A DNA stretch of 64,000 nucleotides from an uncultured virus (IMG/VR IMGVR_UViG_3300046009_005838) (taxonomy: Duplodnaviria; Heunggongvirae; Uroviricota; Caudoviricetes): IMG/VR virus record IMGVR_UViG_3300046009_005838; one strand, 5' to 3'. Shown in pieces: positions 8,026-18,619 of this stretch (position 1 is its first letter; every line of letters begins with the position of its first letter). A program made the translations under genes and the position numbers. Under the pieces are notes generated by a model. It ran no database searches and was not told the DNA's origin. It saw nothing but the letters and a program-made list of their open reading frames with translations.

Positions 8026-9987
8026 TTATCTTCTGCCTCCGATCGGCTTAAAGCCAGCTCCAAGTGGATTCTCATTCGCCCGAACAGTTGCCAACTTCTT
8101 GACCATTTTGCCGCCCTCCATCACAGTGTAAACAACTTGCCTTTCGTTTGATCTGTTAGCATTAGTTGCAGCCTTTCTCAAAGCCTTTTCCTCCATCCAC
8201 CATAGTTGGATACACGCACCCTTGATAGCATCTGCCAAATCTCGGTTGCCAACGTCATGGTTCAAGCACTCATCTAGCAAATCAATTCCCCAGATACCTT
8301 CAATGCCTCCGATATTGCGTATCTCATCAAACCACCTTGCCCACGTTAGGAAGTGGTGTTCAATAAGGTCGGCATTGTGGATTGACTTCGCGTATCCTGG
8401 TTCAATATTCTTTGCATTCTGAGGTCGCCAAGGCGCTGGCTCTGGAAGTAATAGTTTCCCAAGACCAAGCCCAAGTCTTTCGTACTCAATAATGATAGCA
8501 TCCCCACGGTTTCTCTCGATCATTGTCGGAGCGCTATTAAACAACTTCTGCAACTTGATTGAGTTTCCAACTAACCTACTCACATCTCGACTTCCTTCTT
8601 TGTAGTAGCCAACAACACGCTTCAAGTCAGGTCGCATAATTGCTATCGCATAGTCAGAATTGCCCTCTGACTCCTTACGTGCGCTCAAGGGAATTGGATC
8701 CGTTCCGGCAACATACTCAACTCCAACTTGCGGAGGCTCCAATAACATGATCGGACTATTGTTCGCTTTCACTGCCTGAATTGCTCCGTCAGCAAGTGAG
8801 TGAAGATTGTAAGGTTCGAACTTGTACGTTTGGCTTACGTAAACTTTTTTCTTCTGAGTTTCAAATCTTTCACGCTCATCCTGCGACCAACTTCCTCCTG
8901 TGGTAGTTTCGAAAATCTCATCCACCGTAAGAGGATATGCCTTCATGAACTGCCAGTACGAAGACTTATCTCTGAGTGACTTTAGTATCTTCCTTGTTTG
9001 CTCAATCCACGCAACAGCTTCATCTTTCAGCGACCAACCGTTGACCATAAATGTTTGCTGACCTTTGCTGACGTTGCCTTGGGAATCGTAAATCGGAGCA
9101 GAAGCAATGCCCATCCAGCCAGGAACGAAGATAATGTTCACTCCCATCTTTTCGTGGTCATACCAAATCTCTTGTGCCTTTGCAGCACCATCCTCACTCG
9201 CATCACCAGCAGATCCACCCAAAGACAATCGACCTATATTGGTGAAGCCTGACTTTCTGGAAGCATCTGCAGAGTTCCGAACCTTGGTAGCAAACTCATG
9301 AAGAAAGAACTCATCAATGAAAGCATATACAATACGGTCGCCCTCCATGTTCTTTGCCGACTTAATACCATTACTTGTCTGCAATCCTTGTATCCTAGAA
9401 GTTCCTGTACCAACGGTAATCCTAATGTACCTACCGCCTTCGTTCCACTTGGTTTCTGGTTGCCATAATCTTGATCCGGCACCAAATTGCTTTCTCCATT
9501 CTTTCTCGGATTCCGCGTAGGCATTCTCTGCAATAAACTTCACTTTCTCAGTCATCAACTTGTACATTGCCGACTCAGAATAGGAAGTAAAGTTACTCAC
9601 AGAACCAGGGTAACGGATTGCTTTCTTGACACCTCGATATGCCGCAATGGAAGAGTAACCAAACTCCCTTCGCTTTAGCGTGAAGTCATCCATTTTATCT
9701 TTCTCGCAAGCATCAATCATTGGGAACACAACGAAGTGGTCAACGTCCCTCCACAGAGGACTTATGCCTTTACCGTAACCATCTTTAATCTTGAACTCTT
9801 GAAGGTATTCAACATGCTCTCCTGTCAACCCATTGTATCCGTCCATGAATCGCTCTTCCATTTTTATAGCCCACAGTTCGCCTTCTTTTCTATTTCTAAA
9901 GGTTGGCATTTGTTCGCGGGTATATAATGGTCCCCACTTTTCAGCCTTCTCTCTGGTAACTACTTCGGATTCTATGTTGGTTATCAT
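8026..9987 (-). CDS. terL: terminase large subunit (crAss-like)
   Basis: 'LKRREFGYSS' Walker A variant, 'AFIDEFFLH' Walker B, 'LGGSAG' coupling motif, RNase H-like 'VAGTDPI...DYAIAI...MIERNRG'. Confidence 0.85.
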   Translation of the reverse strand: MITNIESEVVTREKAEKWGPLYTREQMPTFRNRKEGELWAIKMEERFMDGYNGLTGEHVEYLQEFKIKDGYGKGISPLWRDVDHFVVFPMIDACEKDKMDDFTLKRREFGYSSIAAYRGVKKAIRYPGSVSNFTSYSESAMYKLMTEKVKFIAENAYAESEKEWRKQFGAGSRLWQPETKWNEGGRYIRITVGTGTSRIQGLQTSNGIKSAKNMEGDRIVYAFIDEFFLHEFATKVRNSADASRKSGFTNIGRLSLGGSAGDASEDGAAKAQEIWYDHEKMGVNIIFVPGWMGIASAPIYDSQGNVSKGQQTFMVNGWSLKDEAVAWIEQTRKILKSLRDKSSYWQFMKAYPLTVDEIFETTTGGSWSQDERERFETQKKKVYVSQTYKFEPYNLHSLADGAIQAVKANNSPIMLLEPPQVGVEYVAGTDPIPLSARKESEGNSDYAIAIMRPDLKRVVGYYKEGSRDVSRLVGNSIKLQKLFNSAPTMIERNRGDAIIIEYERLGLGLGKLLLPEPAPWRPQNAKNIEPGYAKSIHNADLIEHHFLTWARWFDEIRNIGGIEGIWGIDLLDECLNHDVGNRDLADAIKGACIQLWWMEEKALRKAATNANRSNERQVVYTVMEGGKMVKKLATVRANENPLGAGFKPIGGRR

Positions 9988-9989
9988 AG

Positions 9990-10481
9990 TTATGAAATTG
10001 ATTCGTCAACCTGCTTATCTCTGCTTCTTTGCTTTGCGGCCATCAAGGATTGACGGTCATTTAAGGATAAATCCTCTTGGTCATCGTGCCCAAGTTTATC
10101 AAACAACTCTTGAATGATTAATGGATATTTCCCTAAGTCAGAAAGCATCCCCTTGATTCGCTCAACAGACTTGTCATCTTTGTCTTTCAGCATCTTGAAC
10201 GCTGCAAGTTTCAATCCGTAGTCTGGATCATCCCTTCCTACAGCCAAGTCAAACTCTTCGTCATCTTCTTGAGATTCATCATTCCCTCCACCGCAGGCAA
10301 TAGAAACTGAGGCTTCGATAAACTTAATGTAGGTATCGTAGGTCTGAATAATATTCTTTGCTCTCCCGTTATGCAACTTTTTGAAGTCATCCCAAACGCG
10401 ATGTAAGATTTCATGGTCTTTGCAAACTTCTTCCGCTTGCTGCCATTCTTCCTTTGTTAATGTGCTTCCGTTGTAACTCAT
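9990..10481 (-). CDS. possible terminase small subunit
   Basis: 163-aa, probably helical ORF immediately upstream of terL; position only. Confidence 0.4.
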   Translation of the reverse strand: MSYNGSTLTKEEWQQAEEVCKDHEILHRVWDDFKKLHNGRAKNIIQTYDTYIKFIEASVSIACGGGNDESQEDDEEFDLAVGRDDPDYGLKLAAFKMLKDKDDKSVERIKGMLSDLGKYPLIIQELFDKLGHDDQEDLSLNDRQSLMAAKQRSRDKQVDESIS

Positions 10482-12913
10482 TAGAATGGATTGTCTGATT
10501 TTTCTATGAACTCAATTAGCTGTAAATTAAAGCCCTTTTGTCCGTATTGCTCCACCATTTCGAACAACCGCTTCTGCTGGCCATCCTCGCAAGTTTCATT
10601 GAACTCAGCACTTCGCTCATTGATCTTTTTAAATCCGGTAATTAACTGAGCTGAATTAAATCTTTGGTTGGTTGATTCTTTCGCAAGGAATCGGGCAATC
10701 TTTGTTACCGACCAGAAGTTATATCCAGGAACAAAGTAATCTATCAGGCAAGACTCCACATCATTGATAACCTCAAACTTCTTGTTCGCTCCATCCCTGA
10801 AAGACTTTTCTTCTGGCGTAAGATCGTATTCAAACTTCTCGCCTTGCTTGTGAAGGTAGAATGCTTGCGACCATAAACGGTCCAATGGAATTTTGCAGAC
10901 TCCCGTTCGCTTGTTATTGTAATCGTGGGAAATAATCCTGCCTCTAAAAACAAGGTAACGGCTGTTTCCCGTTTCATCGGTCAATATATTATCCTTGTTT
11001 CCCGTTCCCCAATGAGTACAAATACGAATTCTGAGCTGCGCTTTTTTGCCGTAGAAATCTCGAACCTTATCGTAAGCAGTTGAAATAAATGCCTTCTGCT
11101 TATTCAAATCTTTTGCAGAGAGCCTATCCATTTCTTCATGCTGCCAAAAGAAGTTCTCAAACTGAGCAATCATGTTATCCTTGGCATCGTGACTAGCAAA
11201 CATATCCTTTTGCGTGTAGTAATCTTCATCGAAGCACAGCGAACGCAAGTAAGTTGACTTCCCGTCCTCCTGCGGACCAAGTAGAATAACAATGTAACGA
11301 TTCTCAATTCCTCTGAGCGCACAATGCAAGGCGCGAACAAGGTGCTTCTTGAACATCATTTCCCAAAACGGCTGATCTTCTGGTCGCTGGCATTGAAAGT
11401 AAGAAGCATACTCCTTAATGTAATCAAGGTCTGACGGCTTGTACTCTGGCAAAGAATTAAAGTAATCATGGATCGGATTGAATTCAGCAGTGAATGCAGA
11501 ATTCAGAATTGAATCAATGTCCGACTTGGTTATTTTATGGTAACTCTTTTTTAGGTTGAGATAAATGTCATCAGGGGTGTACTCCCTTTTAGTTAAGTCC
11601 TTCCGCTTGGTTATGCTATTTATGTTCTTGATAACATTGGTTTTGATGTCCCAAATTCTTTTAATCATTACCTCCGCCTGCTCAACAGAATGCTTGCTAT
11701 CAAAGTTCAAAAGGTCTTTGTTTCTCCGGTACATTTCATCGAAACATTCTTGAGCCTCTTCGATAGTTAAGTTGCTATTCCCTGCAATAAGAGCAAGGTC
11801 AGGCGAACTCAAATCATTGGGGTGCTTCAACCTTTTGATAACGTCCTTTGCCGTCCGCATTGCCTTCTTAAAATCCTTGGCATTGGGCGGCAATTCAGCG
11901 GGAGCTTCTAACCTTGTTCCGTAGCCTTCTTTTGCCAACACACTTGCAGCCTCAGAGAAGTCACCATTGAAATACAGCAGAGCCATTACTCCGAAAGGCT
12001 TGTAGCATCTGTTTGGCTCGAACGGTTCTGCATTGGAAGAGAACACATAGAAAACATTGGGAGCAACGTGGCCAAGTGTTGCAGAAATACCTCCGTCATC
12101 CTTGCCTGGTCGTTGCCAATACTTGCTACCTAAATGCCTCCATCCGCTTGACTTTAGCATTTCAATCATTCTTGTCAACCCTTCGTCAGACTGATCGTAG
12201 TCATCGCCAGGGCGAAGCTCATTGTTAGCATTAGGATTTGTTGACCGACCTTTACTCGCAACAGGCATATAAACCTTCTTCGGATCTTCATACTCATTCA
12301 TTGCCCGAGCCATTTCAATTAGGAAATTTCTTTCTTCGATTGAAATTGATTGCATAGTCAACAATGATAACCCTTGAACCGCATCGTATCCTTCGGACGG
12401 ATAGGTGACAAAGTATTGCCCTTCCGTTCTTGTTTCAATTAGGTCATAAGGTTTGTTCTTGTCCTTGTTTAATCTCCTTGCTAACTTGTATCCGTCCAAT
12501 ATCGGTGTAAGCACATCATTGCAACGGTAAACAAGGTGCCGCCCTCCAGAAGTTGTTTTCTCAATGAACAATCCGTAGGTTTCAATTATACTTTTTACAT
12601 CAGGAATCTGAACGTACTCTCGGAAAATCTCTTTGGCATCTCCAAACTTGTTGTCAAAGTCAAGGCACTCAAGGTTGCCAGAAACTTCACCGCAGCGAAC
12701 TCCAATCCAAATACCTTCACGGCAATACTTCTCCATGAAGACATCATAAGGAACTCCTGTTTTGTAATACGGATCATCTTGCGGCATCATTGCCGCCTTC
12801 ATCTTTCCTGTGATGTTTGTTGTCTTACCGTAGCACGGATAAATGGCGAATCCAGAGTCGATGAGTTCTTTAGTGTAATCGCTTACACTTGGAAGTGTGA
12901 TAATATCGCTCAT
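10481..12913 (-). CDS. bifunctional primase-polymerase (Prim-Pol) fused to a VirE/VapE-like P-loop helicase
   Basis: 'IGVRCGEVSGNLECLDFD', 'TTSGGRHLVYR', 'IETRTEGQYFVTYPS'; C-terminal 'LLGPQEDGKST...TDETGNSRY'. Confidence 0.85.
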   Translation of the reverse strand: MSDIITLPSVSDYTKELIDSGFAIYPCYGKTTNITGKMKAAMMPQDDPYYKTGVPYDVFMEKYCREGIWIGVRCGEVSGNLECLDFDNKFGDAKEIFREYVQIPDVKSIIETYGLFIEKTTSGGRHLVYRCNDVLTPILDGYKLARRLNKDKNKPYDLIETRTEGQYFVTYPSEGYDAVQGLSLLTMQSISIEERNFLIEMARAMNEYEDPKKVYMPVASKGRSTNPNANNELRPGDDYDQSDEGLTRMIEMLKSSGWRHLGSKYWQRPGKDDGGISATLGHVAPNVFYVFSSNAEPFEPNRCYKPFGVMALLYFNGDFSEAASVLAKEGYGTRLEAPAELPPNAKDFKKAMRTAKDVIKRLKHPNDLSSPDLALIAGNSNLTIEEAQECFDEMYRRNKDLLNFDSKHSVEQAEVMIKRIWDIKTNVIKNINSITKRKDLTKREYTPDDIYLNLKKSYHKITKSDIDSILNSAFTAEFNPIHDYFNSLPEYKPSDLDYIKEYASYFQCQRPEDQPFWEMMFKKHLVRALHCALRGIENRYIVILLGPQEDGKSTYLRSLCFDEDYYTQKDMFASHDAKDNMIAQFENFFWQHEEMDRLSAKDLNKQKAFISTAYDKVRDFYGKKAQLRIRICTHWGTGNKDNILTDETGNSRYLVFRGRIISHDYNNKRTGVCKIPLDRLWSQAFYLHKQGEKFEYDLTPEEKSFRDGANKKFEVINDVESCLIDYFVPGYNFWSVTKIARFLAKESTNQRFNSAQLITGFKKINERSAEFNETCEDGQQKRLFEMVEQYGQKGFNLQLIEFIEKSDNPF

Positions 12914-14406
12914 TAGGCAATGGCTTTTGCAAATTGTTCAAACTCACTCATTCTGCTAGTTTCAATTGCAACATATCTGAGCCAGCCCTTGGGCATTTTA
13001 TTATGCTGTCTGAAATCTTCTAATTCTTGCATGGTCATTTTTTGCTTCATCTCAATGGTTAAATCCCTCCACGTCAAATCCTTGTACGAGGTTACTTTGA
13101 ACCCTACTTCAATGGTCTTTTTGTCCGTAGCGGGGAAGGTGAAATTACATCTTTCAAAAGTATCGGGCAATATGTTATCGCATTTTTTTGCGGAGGCATA
13201 GCAATCTTGTTTGCACTTGGGGCATTTCTTCAATGGTGGCGCACCTTTCGTTCCCTCTGTATGCTTCAAAGAATAATTCCTTTGCATGTGCCAATACTTC
13301 AATCTTGAGATATTGTCAGCCATATCGACAATTGTAAAACTGTCTTTTACATTCGGAATTACCCTACTTCCCCTTCCGCACATCTGCAAGAAAAGGTTGA
13401 GCGACATTGTTGACCTATTCAAGACGACAACCTCAATTTCAGGATAGTCAAATCCGGTGGTAAAGATTGAGTTGTTGACAAGAACCTTGAACTTCCCTGC
13501 CTTCCAATCGGATTTTATTTGAGTTCTGTTTCCTGAGTAGGTTGACTTGTATTGGTCGTGGAGAATCTTTGCCTTCTCAACCTTGGTATCTGAAATGAAA
13601 TATTTTGCAGGAATCCCAGCTTCATTCAGCTCAAGGCAAGTCTTGATTGTGTTCTCTGAATTCGGGCAGAAGATGATTGTTACCATATTGGGAACGTCAT
13701 TCTTCATTATGTTAATCAATCCGTCATAAACCTTGGAAACGTCCATAGCCTTAGCCACATCTTCTTCCAAGAAATCAATCTCTCCATTGATCTTTGTCGT
13801 TCTAAAACCGCCAGAATCAATATCCAAATTGGCTTCAATGTAAAACGGAACACTCAACCACTTGTCATTAATTAGACTTTGAATATCTGGTCCGTTAATT
13901 ATTATCTGATAATCTTTTGCTAGTTGCCTTGACTTTCCAGTTCTTCTTGGCGTAGCAGATACTCCTAAAACCTTTGCATTACCAAATGCCTTCTGCTCAA
14001 AGAATGTATTGAACTCTTCTTTGTGGCACTCATCAATTACAATGTAGTCAAATGTATTCTGAATCCAATAAAAGTAATCAGGATTCTTAATCCTACGTTT
14101 CAGAGTTTGGCTCATTGCAACGTAAACAGCGTGGGCAATATTCAATCGCTTGCTCCGAGCGTCAATCATAAAAGGATGAATCCTGAGATCAACCAATGCT
14201 TGCGCGGAACCATCGTGCAGTTCTTCTCGGTCAGTAAGAATGAGAACTTTTGCGCCCTTGTCAATTACGTCTTTGATAAACATTGCAAAGGTGAACGTCT
14301 TTCCTGCGCCAGTTGCCATCTGCACTATTGCAGAATTGCCACCGCCCTGATAAAACCTATGTAGCCGTTCCCTAATATCTGTTTGATATCCTCTTTCCTC
14401 TTTCAT
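12913..14406 (-). CDS. superfamily II DEAD/DEAH-box helicase with Zn-finger
   Basis: 'MATGAGKT', 'DECH', 'SATP', 'TTGFD', 'QMCGRGSR', CPKC. Confidence 0.9.
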   Translation of the reverse strand: MKEERGYQTDIRERLHRFYQGGGNSAIVQMATGAGKTFTFAMFIKDVIDKGAKVLILTDREELHDGSAQALVDLRIHPFMIDARSKRLNIAHAVYVAMSQTLKRRIKNPDYFYWIQNTFDYIVIDECHKEEFNTFFEQKAFGNAKVLGVSATPRRTGKSRQLAKDYQIIINGPDIQSLINDKWLSVPFYIEANLDIDSGGFRTTKINGEIDFLEEDVAKAMDVSKVYDGLINIMKNDVPNMVTIIFCPNSENTIKTCLELNEAGIPAKYFISDTKVEKAKILHDQYKSTYSGNRTQIKSDWKAGKFKVLVNNSIFTTGFDYPEIEVVVLNRSTMSLNLFLQMCGRGSRVIPNVKDSFTIVDMADNISRLKYWHMQRNYSLKHTEGTKGAPPLKKCPKCKQDCYASAKKCDNILPDTFERCNFTFPATDKKTIEVGFKVTSYKDLTWRDLTIEMKQKMTMQELEDFRQHNKMPKGWLRYVAIETSRMSEFEQFAKAIA

Positions 14407-15020
14407 TAATCCCTACTTATGAATACAATCTCATCAGAATTAACAAAGTCCCTCGCTGTTGAAACCATGCTCTCAAGAATTATATCCGATTCATTAATAG
14501 ATTTTATCTTCCACTTTACATCTCCATACCTAATTTGAAGGGACGTTGTTGTATATCTTTTCGAAACAATGTCACCTATTTTATAGGAGAACACTCTAGA
14601 ATCTTCTTCTGATTCATACTTCCTATAATCTAAACCTGAAAGTATATTCTTTATGGCCGAAAACAAAGAGAAAGTAGGCGTTAAGTAGTCGTCAAATTTA
14701 TTAGAACAACCTTGAGCTGCCTGTATATTTAGGTTATTGAAATGTTCTTTCGGAGGCAACCTTTTTGATTCCCTTCTTTGAGGAAATTCAACATCGCATT
14801 CAAGTTGTAGGTAAAGATCAAATATGTCAACTGTAACTGCGTAATAGTAGTCAGATAATTCAACAATCTTCATTGCATCTGGAACACTAATTCCATGTTG
14901 CCTCCACAGTTGGTATGCCTTCTTAAATAAAACTGCCCTCTCAGGATTCTTTGTCATCTGCGACAATGCGCCCCCAATATTTTCTTGGTCTTGGTTCTGT
15001 ATGCTCTGGTCGTTTTCCAT
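14406..15020 (-). CDS. hypothetical protein
   Basis: 204-aa, AT-rich ORF in the operon. Confidence 0.65.
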   Translation of the reverse strand: MENDQSIQNQDQENIGGALSQMTKNPERAVLFKKAYQLWRQHGISVPDAMKIVELSDYYYAVTVDIFDLYLQLECDVEFPQRRESKRLPPKEHFNNLNIQAAQGCSNKFDDYLTPTFSLFSAIKNILSGLDYRKYESEEDSRVFSYKIGDIVSKRYTTTSLQIRYGDVKWKIKSINESDIILESMVSTARDFVNSDEIVFISRD

Positions 15021-15492
15021 CTTTTAAATTTTCTGTGTATCTCCTAACAATGTATCTTGATAACTTGTCTTTCGGGAGGTCAAATTCGGAGGCAAGGAAT
15101 CCCATGTGGCACTTGCCTTTCTTCTTCAAAAACTTCTCGTAAGCAAGTTCGTATTTCGTTGGTGGCTTGTTAAGGTATTCCAACTTCAATTTTTTGGCAA
15201 CCTTTAACTCAAATGCCACCCGATGAGTCTCCTTTGTTTCAGGAAGTACAAAGATACAATCTGCTTCGCTAATCCTTTGCCTCCAAATTACTTTTAGTGA
15301 TTCTTTGTCCATGTGGTAATCGCTAACAGGTGAAAAGAACGGATTGATAACATTGTATCCTTTCGCACGAAGATCCATTACAAGTCGCCTCCAATTAGTA
15401 ATCTTGAAATCAATCTTATGCAGTTTCTTCGGGCAGAAGGATATGTAAACTTTGCGCTTTTCGGTTGGCATTACCTTGATTTTATTCAGCAA
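14941..15492 (-). CDS. DUF4406-like (nucleoside deoxyribosyltransferase-like fold) protein with a C-terminal extension
   Basis: 'KVYIS...LRAKGYNVINPF...ISEADCIFVLP...VAFELKVAKKLKL'. Confidence 0.6.
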   Translation of the reverse strand: MLNKIKVMPTEKRKVYISFCPKKLHKIDFKITNWRRLVMDLRAKGYNVINPFFSPVSDYHMDKESLKVIWRQRISEADCIFVLPETKETHRVAFELKVAKKLKLEYLNKPPTKYELAYEKFLKKKGKCHMGFLASEFDLPKDKLSRYIVRRYTENLKDGKRPEHTEPRPRKYWGRIVADDKES

Positions 15493-17227
15493 ATTCTTTT
15501 ACTAAAACGTGACCTTCGGTAATCAATATCTCACCGGCACGAAGATCACCCTCAGTTTTGTCGTTTGTCGAAGTAACGAATATCAATAACCCATTTTTCT
15601 TGGCGAACTTGTCGTAGAGTTCATACACTTTGTTGTCCAACCCAGTGTCATCCACACAAAGTACGTTCAAAGGATATGCTCTCTTTTTCATCAGCGTACA
15701 TTGCAGCAATGCAGAGATCAAGACCTTTTGCGACTTGCTGTAACTTGTCAACGGTCTTAGGTCAGCATTGGGATTGCTAAAGTAAGTTGGATCGTATGCG
15801 CCAGTGTATTTGAAACCAAGTCTTTTGCCGTCCTCATCCGTCAACGAAATGATCAGACCTTTAACGCCAGTGTTAATGCCTTCGTAGAGTTTAATTCTTT
15901 CAGCACGTAAGTCCATCACTTCGTTATGAAGCGTTTCGTACTGCTGCTGTACATCGAATTTCTCCCAAAGGTCGTTTGAGGATTTGGCTTCTTCTAGTTC
16001 TTTGTCAAGGAAGTTCAACTTGTCTTCTGCTGCTTGGATTTCCTTGCTAGAATCTTCGATCGTTTCCGCTTGTACAGTTTCGATCTCCTTGTTTACTTTG
16101 GCAATTTCGACTCTTTTTTCGTTTACCAAAGAAACCATGTCGGAAAGTTCTTTCGGCAATGCATCAATGACTGCTGAATCTTTCGGGAGAGCATTGATAT
16201 CCAAGAGTGGAACGTAAGAGTCCTTTAGTTTCTCCCCTTCAACTGTAATGGCATCCAAAATGCTTTGAGAACAACTTAAAACCTCCGAATAAACTTTCGG
16301 ATATAGTTCAGAAAACTTCAATACTCTCAACGCAATTTCAAGGTTGCTGTGAGCATATTTTGCTTCGTCATAGCTATGAATTACCTGAGCAACTTCCTTC
16401 TCATACTCAACCCTGTGCACATCAAGAAACCGTTGAATATTATCCTTCTCAGCCTTTCCCGTTGTCATTGCAGAGTTAGCCTGGCTTTGAAGGCTGCTAA
16501 TTCTCAACGCCTTGTTTTGCTCAAACGAATCTACCTTGCCTTTGGCTGTGGCAATTTCGGTAATGATCGCTTCACGTTTCGCTTGAAAAGTTGAGATGTC
16601 AATAAAGTTCGGCTGAACCAACCCTTCTAGTTGAGTCTTGTAAGCACCGATCTTGACTTGCCTTTGGGAAACAACGTCACGTTCCTTTACCTTTTCATCA
16701 ATCTTCTTCTCAATATCCTTTGCTATATCAGCAACTTCGGGATACGTTGCAATGATGAAGTCAGTTACGGTCTTTTCGTTCTCTGACATGAACTTCGCAG
16801 AATCGTAAGTCAAGGTAGTAGAAAGCATCTCCCACATTCTGTTTGGAGTAATGCCTGTCAGTCCTTCAATCGGATCTTTGGTATTCTTCAACTTGCCATC
16901 TACTTCCGCTTTGAACTTGTAATCAACGCTGCCATCTTTCTTGGATACTGCTGAAATCCAAAACGACAATCCTTCGGGTTCTTTAGCGTCAGCAATCTTC
17001 ACTAGCACCTCGCAGGAATCCTCTCCTTCACGGAAGTACGAACCATCTCTTAATGCTGACTTGCCTTGTGTTGCCCACTTCATCACTTCAAGGAGCGATG
17101 TCTTGCCTGCACCAGCATTCCCTGAAATCACATTGGCACCGAAATGCTTTAGGATATCAATGTTAGTGGGCAAGATTGAACGGAATCCGTTGGGCAACTT
17201 GACTTCCGTTATGGTTAATGCTTTCAT
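15482..17227 (-). CDS. SMC/Rad50-like AAA ATPase with long coiled coil
   Basis: N-terminal Walker A 'GNAGAGKTS', central coiled coil, C-terminal 'YSKSQK' signature and 'LCVDD' Walker B. Confidence 0.8.
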   Translation of the reverse strand: MKALTITEVKLPNGFRSILPTNIDILKHFGANVISGNAGAGKTSLLEVMKWATQGKSALRDGSYFREGEDSCEVLVKIADAKEPEGLSFWISAVSKKDGSVDYKFKAEVDGKLKNTKDPIEGLTGITPNRMWEMLSTTLTYDSAKFMSENEKTVTDFIIATYPEVADIAKDIEKKIDEKVKERDVVSQRQVKIGAYKTQLEGLVQPNFIDISTFQAKREAIITEIATAKGKVDSFEQNKALRISSLQSQANSAMTTGKAEKDNIQRFLDVHRVEYEKEVAQVIHSYDEAKYAHSNLEIALRVLKFSELYPKVYSEVLSCSQSILDAITVEGEKLKDSYVPLLDINALPKDSAVIDALPKELSDMVSLVNEKRVEIAKVNKEIETVQAETIEDSSKEIQAAEDKLNFLDKELEEAKSSNDLWEKFDVQQQYETLHNEVMDLRAERIKLYEGINTGVKGLIISLTDEDGKRLGFKYTGAYDPTYFSNPNADLRPLTSYSKSQKVLISALLQCTLMKKRAYPLNVLCVDDTGLDNKVYELYDKFAKKNGLLIFVTSTNDKTEGDLRAGEILITEGHVLVKEFAE

Positions 17228-17562
17228 TAAAATAAGTTTGGAGGGTTATTTATTGAGTTATTTGGTTTGTCCAATTTTTTACTAGGCTTGAACTTTGCCT
17301 CCTTTGCTTTCATCGCAGCCTCACGTTCTCGCTTGGCTTCCAAATGGAATTTATTCTGATACAACTGCAGAACTCCTGACTGCCTTTCATCAAGTTCCCA
17401 AACTCCTGCTTCAACTGCCTTTTCAATATCTGAAATCTTTCGCTTGACGTATTGAGCACCTTCAACCATATTAATGATCTCTGCTTCAAATCCATCACTA
17501 TCGCAGACCTTCCAGTATGACAATGTTTTCTTTGAGTAATAAAGTGAGGGAACTTTAATCAT
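17227..17562 (-). CDS. hypothetical protein
   Basis: 111-aa ORF in the operon. Confidence 0.65.
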   Translation of the reverse strand: MIKVPSLYYSKKTLSYWKVCDSDGFEAEIINMVEGAQYVKRKISDIEKAVEAGVWELDERQSGVLQLYQNKFHLEAKREREAAMKAKEAKFKPSKKLDKPNNSINNPPNLF

Positions 17563-18155
17563 TCTTTTAAGTATTCGTAGGCATACCTTGCAAGAATCTG
17601 CTTAATCATAAGCCCTGCAATATCCTTGTCGTTTAACGTAATCAAGTGGAGGTTGTACCGAGCAACCATAGTGTTTAACCTAGCGACCAATGCTTCTGGC
17701 TTCCATTGAGTTCGGTAGTTTCCCCTTTCGCTTCCCATCATTACTCGATCAAAAGAAAAGTTCTCGATCATCAATGCCATATTAGCCGTTGCTGCTTTGC
17801 ATTTAATTAACTCTCTCTCGAACCTATTCTTCTCCTTCGCATCAGCCCCTTCGTCCGACTTTAGGTTTCCTGCAATTTCATCAATTGAATTCTTTCGCTC
17901 AACGACAATTCTTGTTTCAAGGGAAACTTCTTTCGGATGAAGGAGTGCTGATTCGTGGAAGTGTTCGGGATTGACTTTGATCTTACAACTGTAATCTCCG
18001 AACTGCAATGCTTTCATTTCATAGGGAATTTTCTTCAACTCAAAATAATGCAGAATGTGTTGGTTCTTTTGTTCACGTGTGTCAACAAGTATCACCATAT
18101 CTTTTACTGCCTTGGTAATTTCAGCATCGGAAAATCCTCTATGCAATGTTTTCAT
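17559..18155 (-). CDS. ERCC4-domain (XPF/Mus81-like) nuclease
   Basis: 'ILVDTREQ...LQFGDY...VVERKNSIDE' ERCC4 signature. Confidence 0.9.
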   Translation of the reverse strand: MKTLHRGFSDAEITKAVKDMVILVDTREQKNQHILHYFELKKIPYEMKALQFGDYSCKIKVNPEHFHESALLHPKEVSLETRIVVERKNSIDEIAGNLKSDEGADAKEKNRFERELIKCKAATANMALMIENFSFDRVMMGSERGNYRTQWKPEALVARLNTMVARYNLHLITLNDKDIAGLMIKQILARYAYEYLKE

Positions 18156-18164
18156 TCAGACTGA

Positions 18165-18584
18165 CTAAAACGGTTCGTCATCACTTGTTGCTGCATCTGC
18201 CGCTGCCTCAACGGGTGTTGGAGCTGGATCATTCTTTAAAGCAGCAGCCTTAACTTGTGGTGCAGGAGTTGCATTTTCAACTGTAGCAGCAGAACGCCCT
18301 GGAAACATGATCTGCTTAATCTTCAAACGAGTTGAATACTTGCCTTCCATTTTTCCGCTTTTAATCAAGCTGCTTATTGGATACAAATTAACTACAACTT
18401 GTTCGCCTTGTCTTGCAGTAGATGAATTCGTATCGCGGTCTGGATCAAATTCAACTGCTACCAAGTGAGGCTCCATTGTTCCGCAGTCAACAACAAGTGT
18501 TTGCGTGGCCCATGTTCTGCCATTGAATTCGTTTGCTTCTGGAGCAAGTAGGTCGTGAACAACCCCTGTGATTTGTAAAGCCAT
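18165..18584 (-). CDS. ssb: single-stranded DNA-binding protein (DUF3127-like)
   Basis: 'LQITGVVHDLL...W..Q.LVV' OB-fold pattern with acidic 'DDEPF' tail; adjacent to RecT. Confidence 0.75.
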   Translation of the reverse strand: MALQITGVVHDLLAPEANEFNGRTWATQTLVVDCGTMEPHLVAVEFDPDRDTNSSTARQGEQVVVNLYPISSLIKSGKMEGKYSTRLKIKQIMFPGRSAATVENATPAPQVKAAALKNDPAPTPVEAAADAATSDDEPF

Positions 18585-18619
18585 TTTGCTTTGTTTTTAT
18601 TTGTTAGTAAAAGTGAAAA

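Noticed and set aside
8026..12913. Introns or inteins in terL or the primase
   Set aside because: ORF sizes are ordinary, with no intein terminal motifs or homing endonuclease ORFs evident
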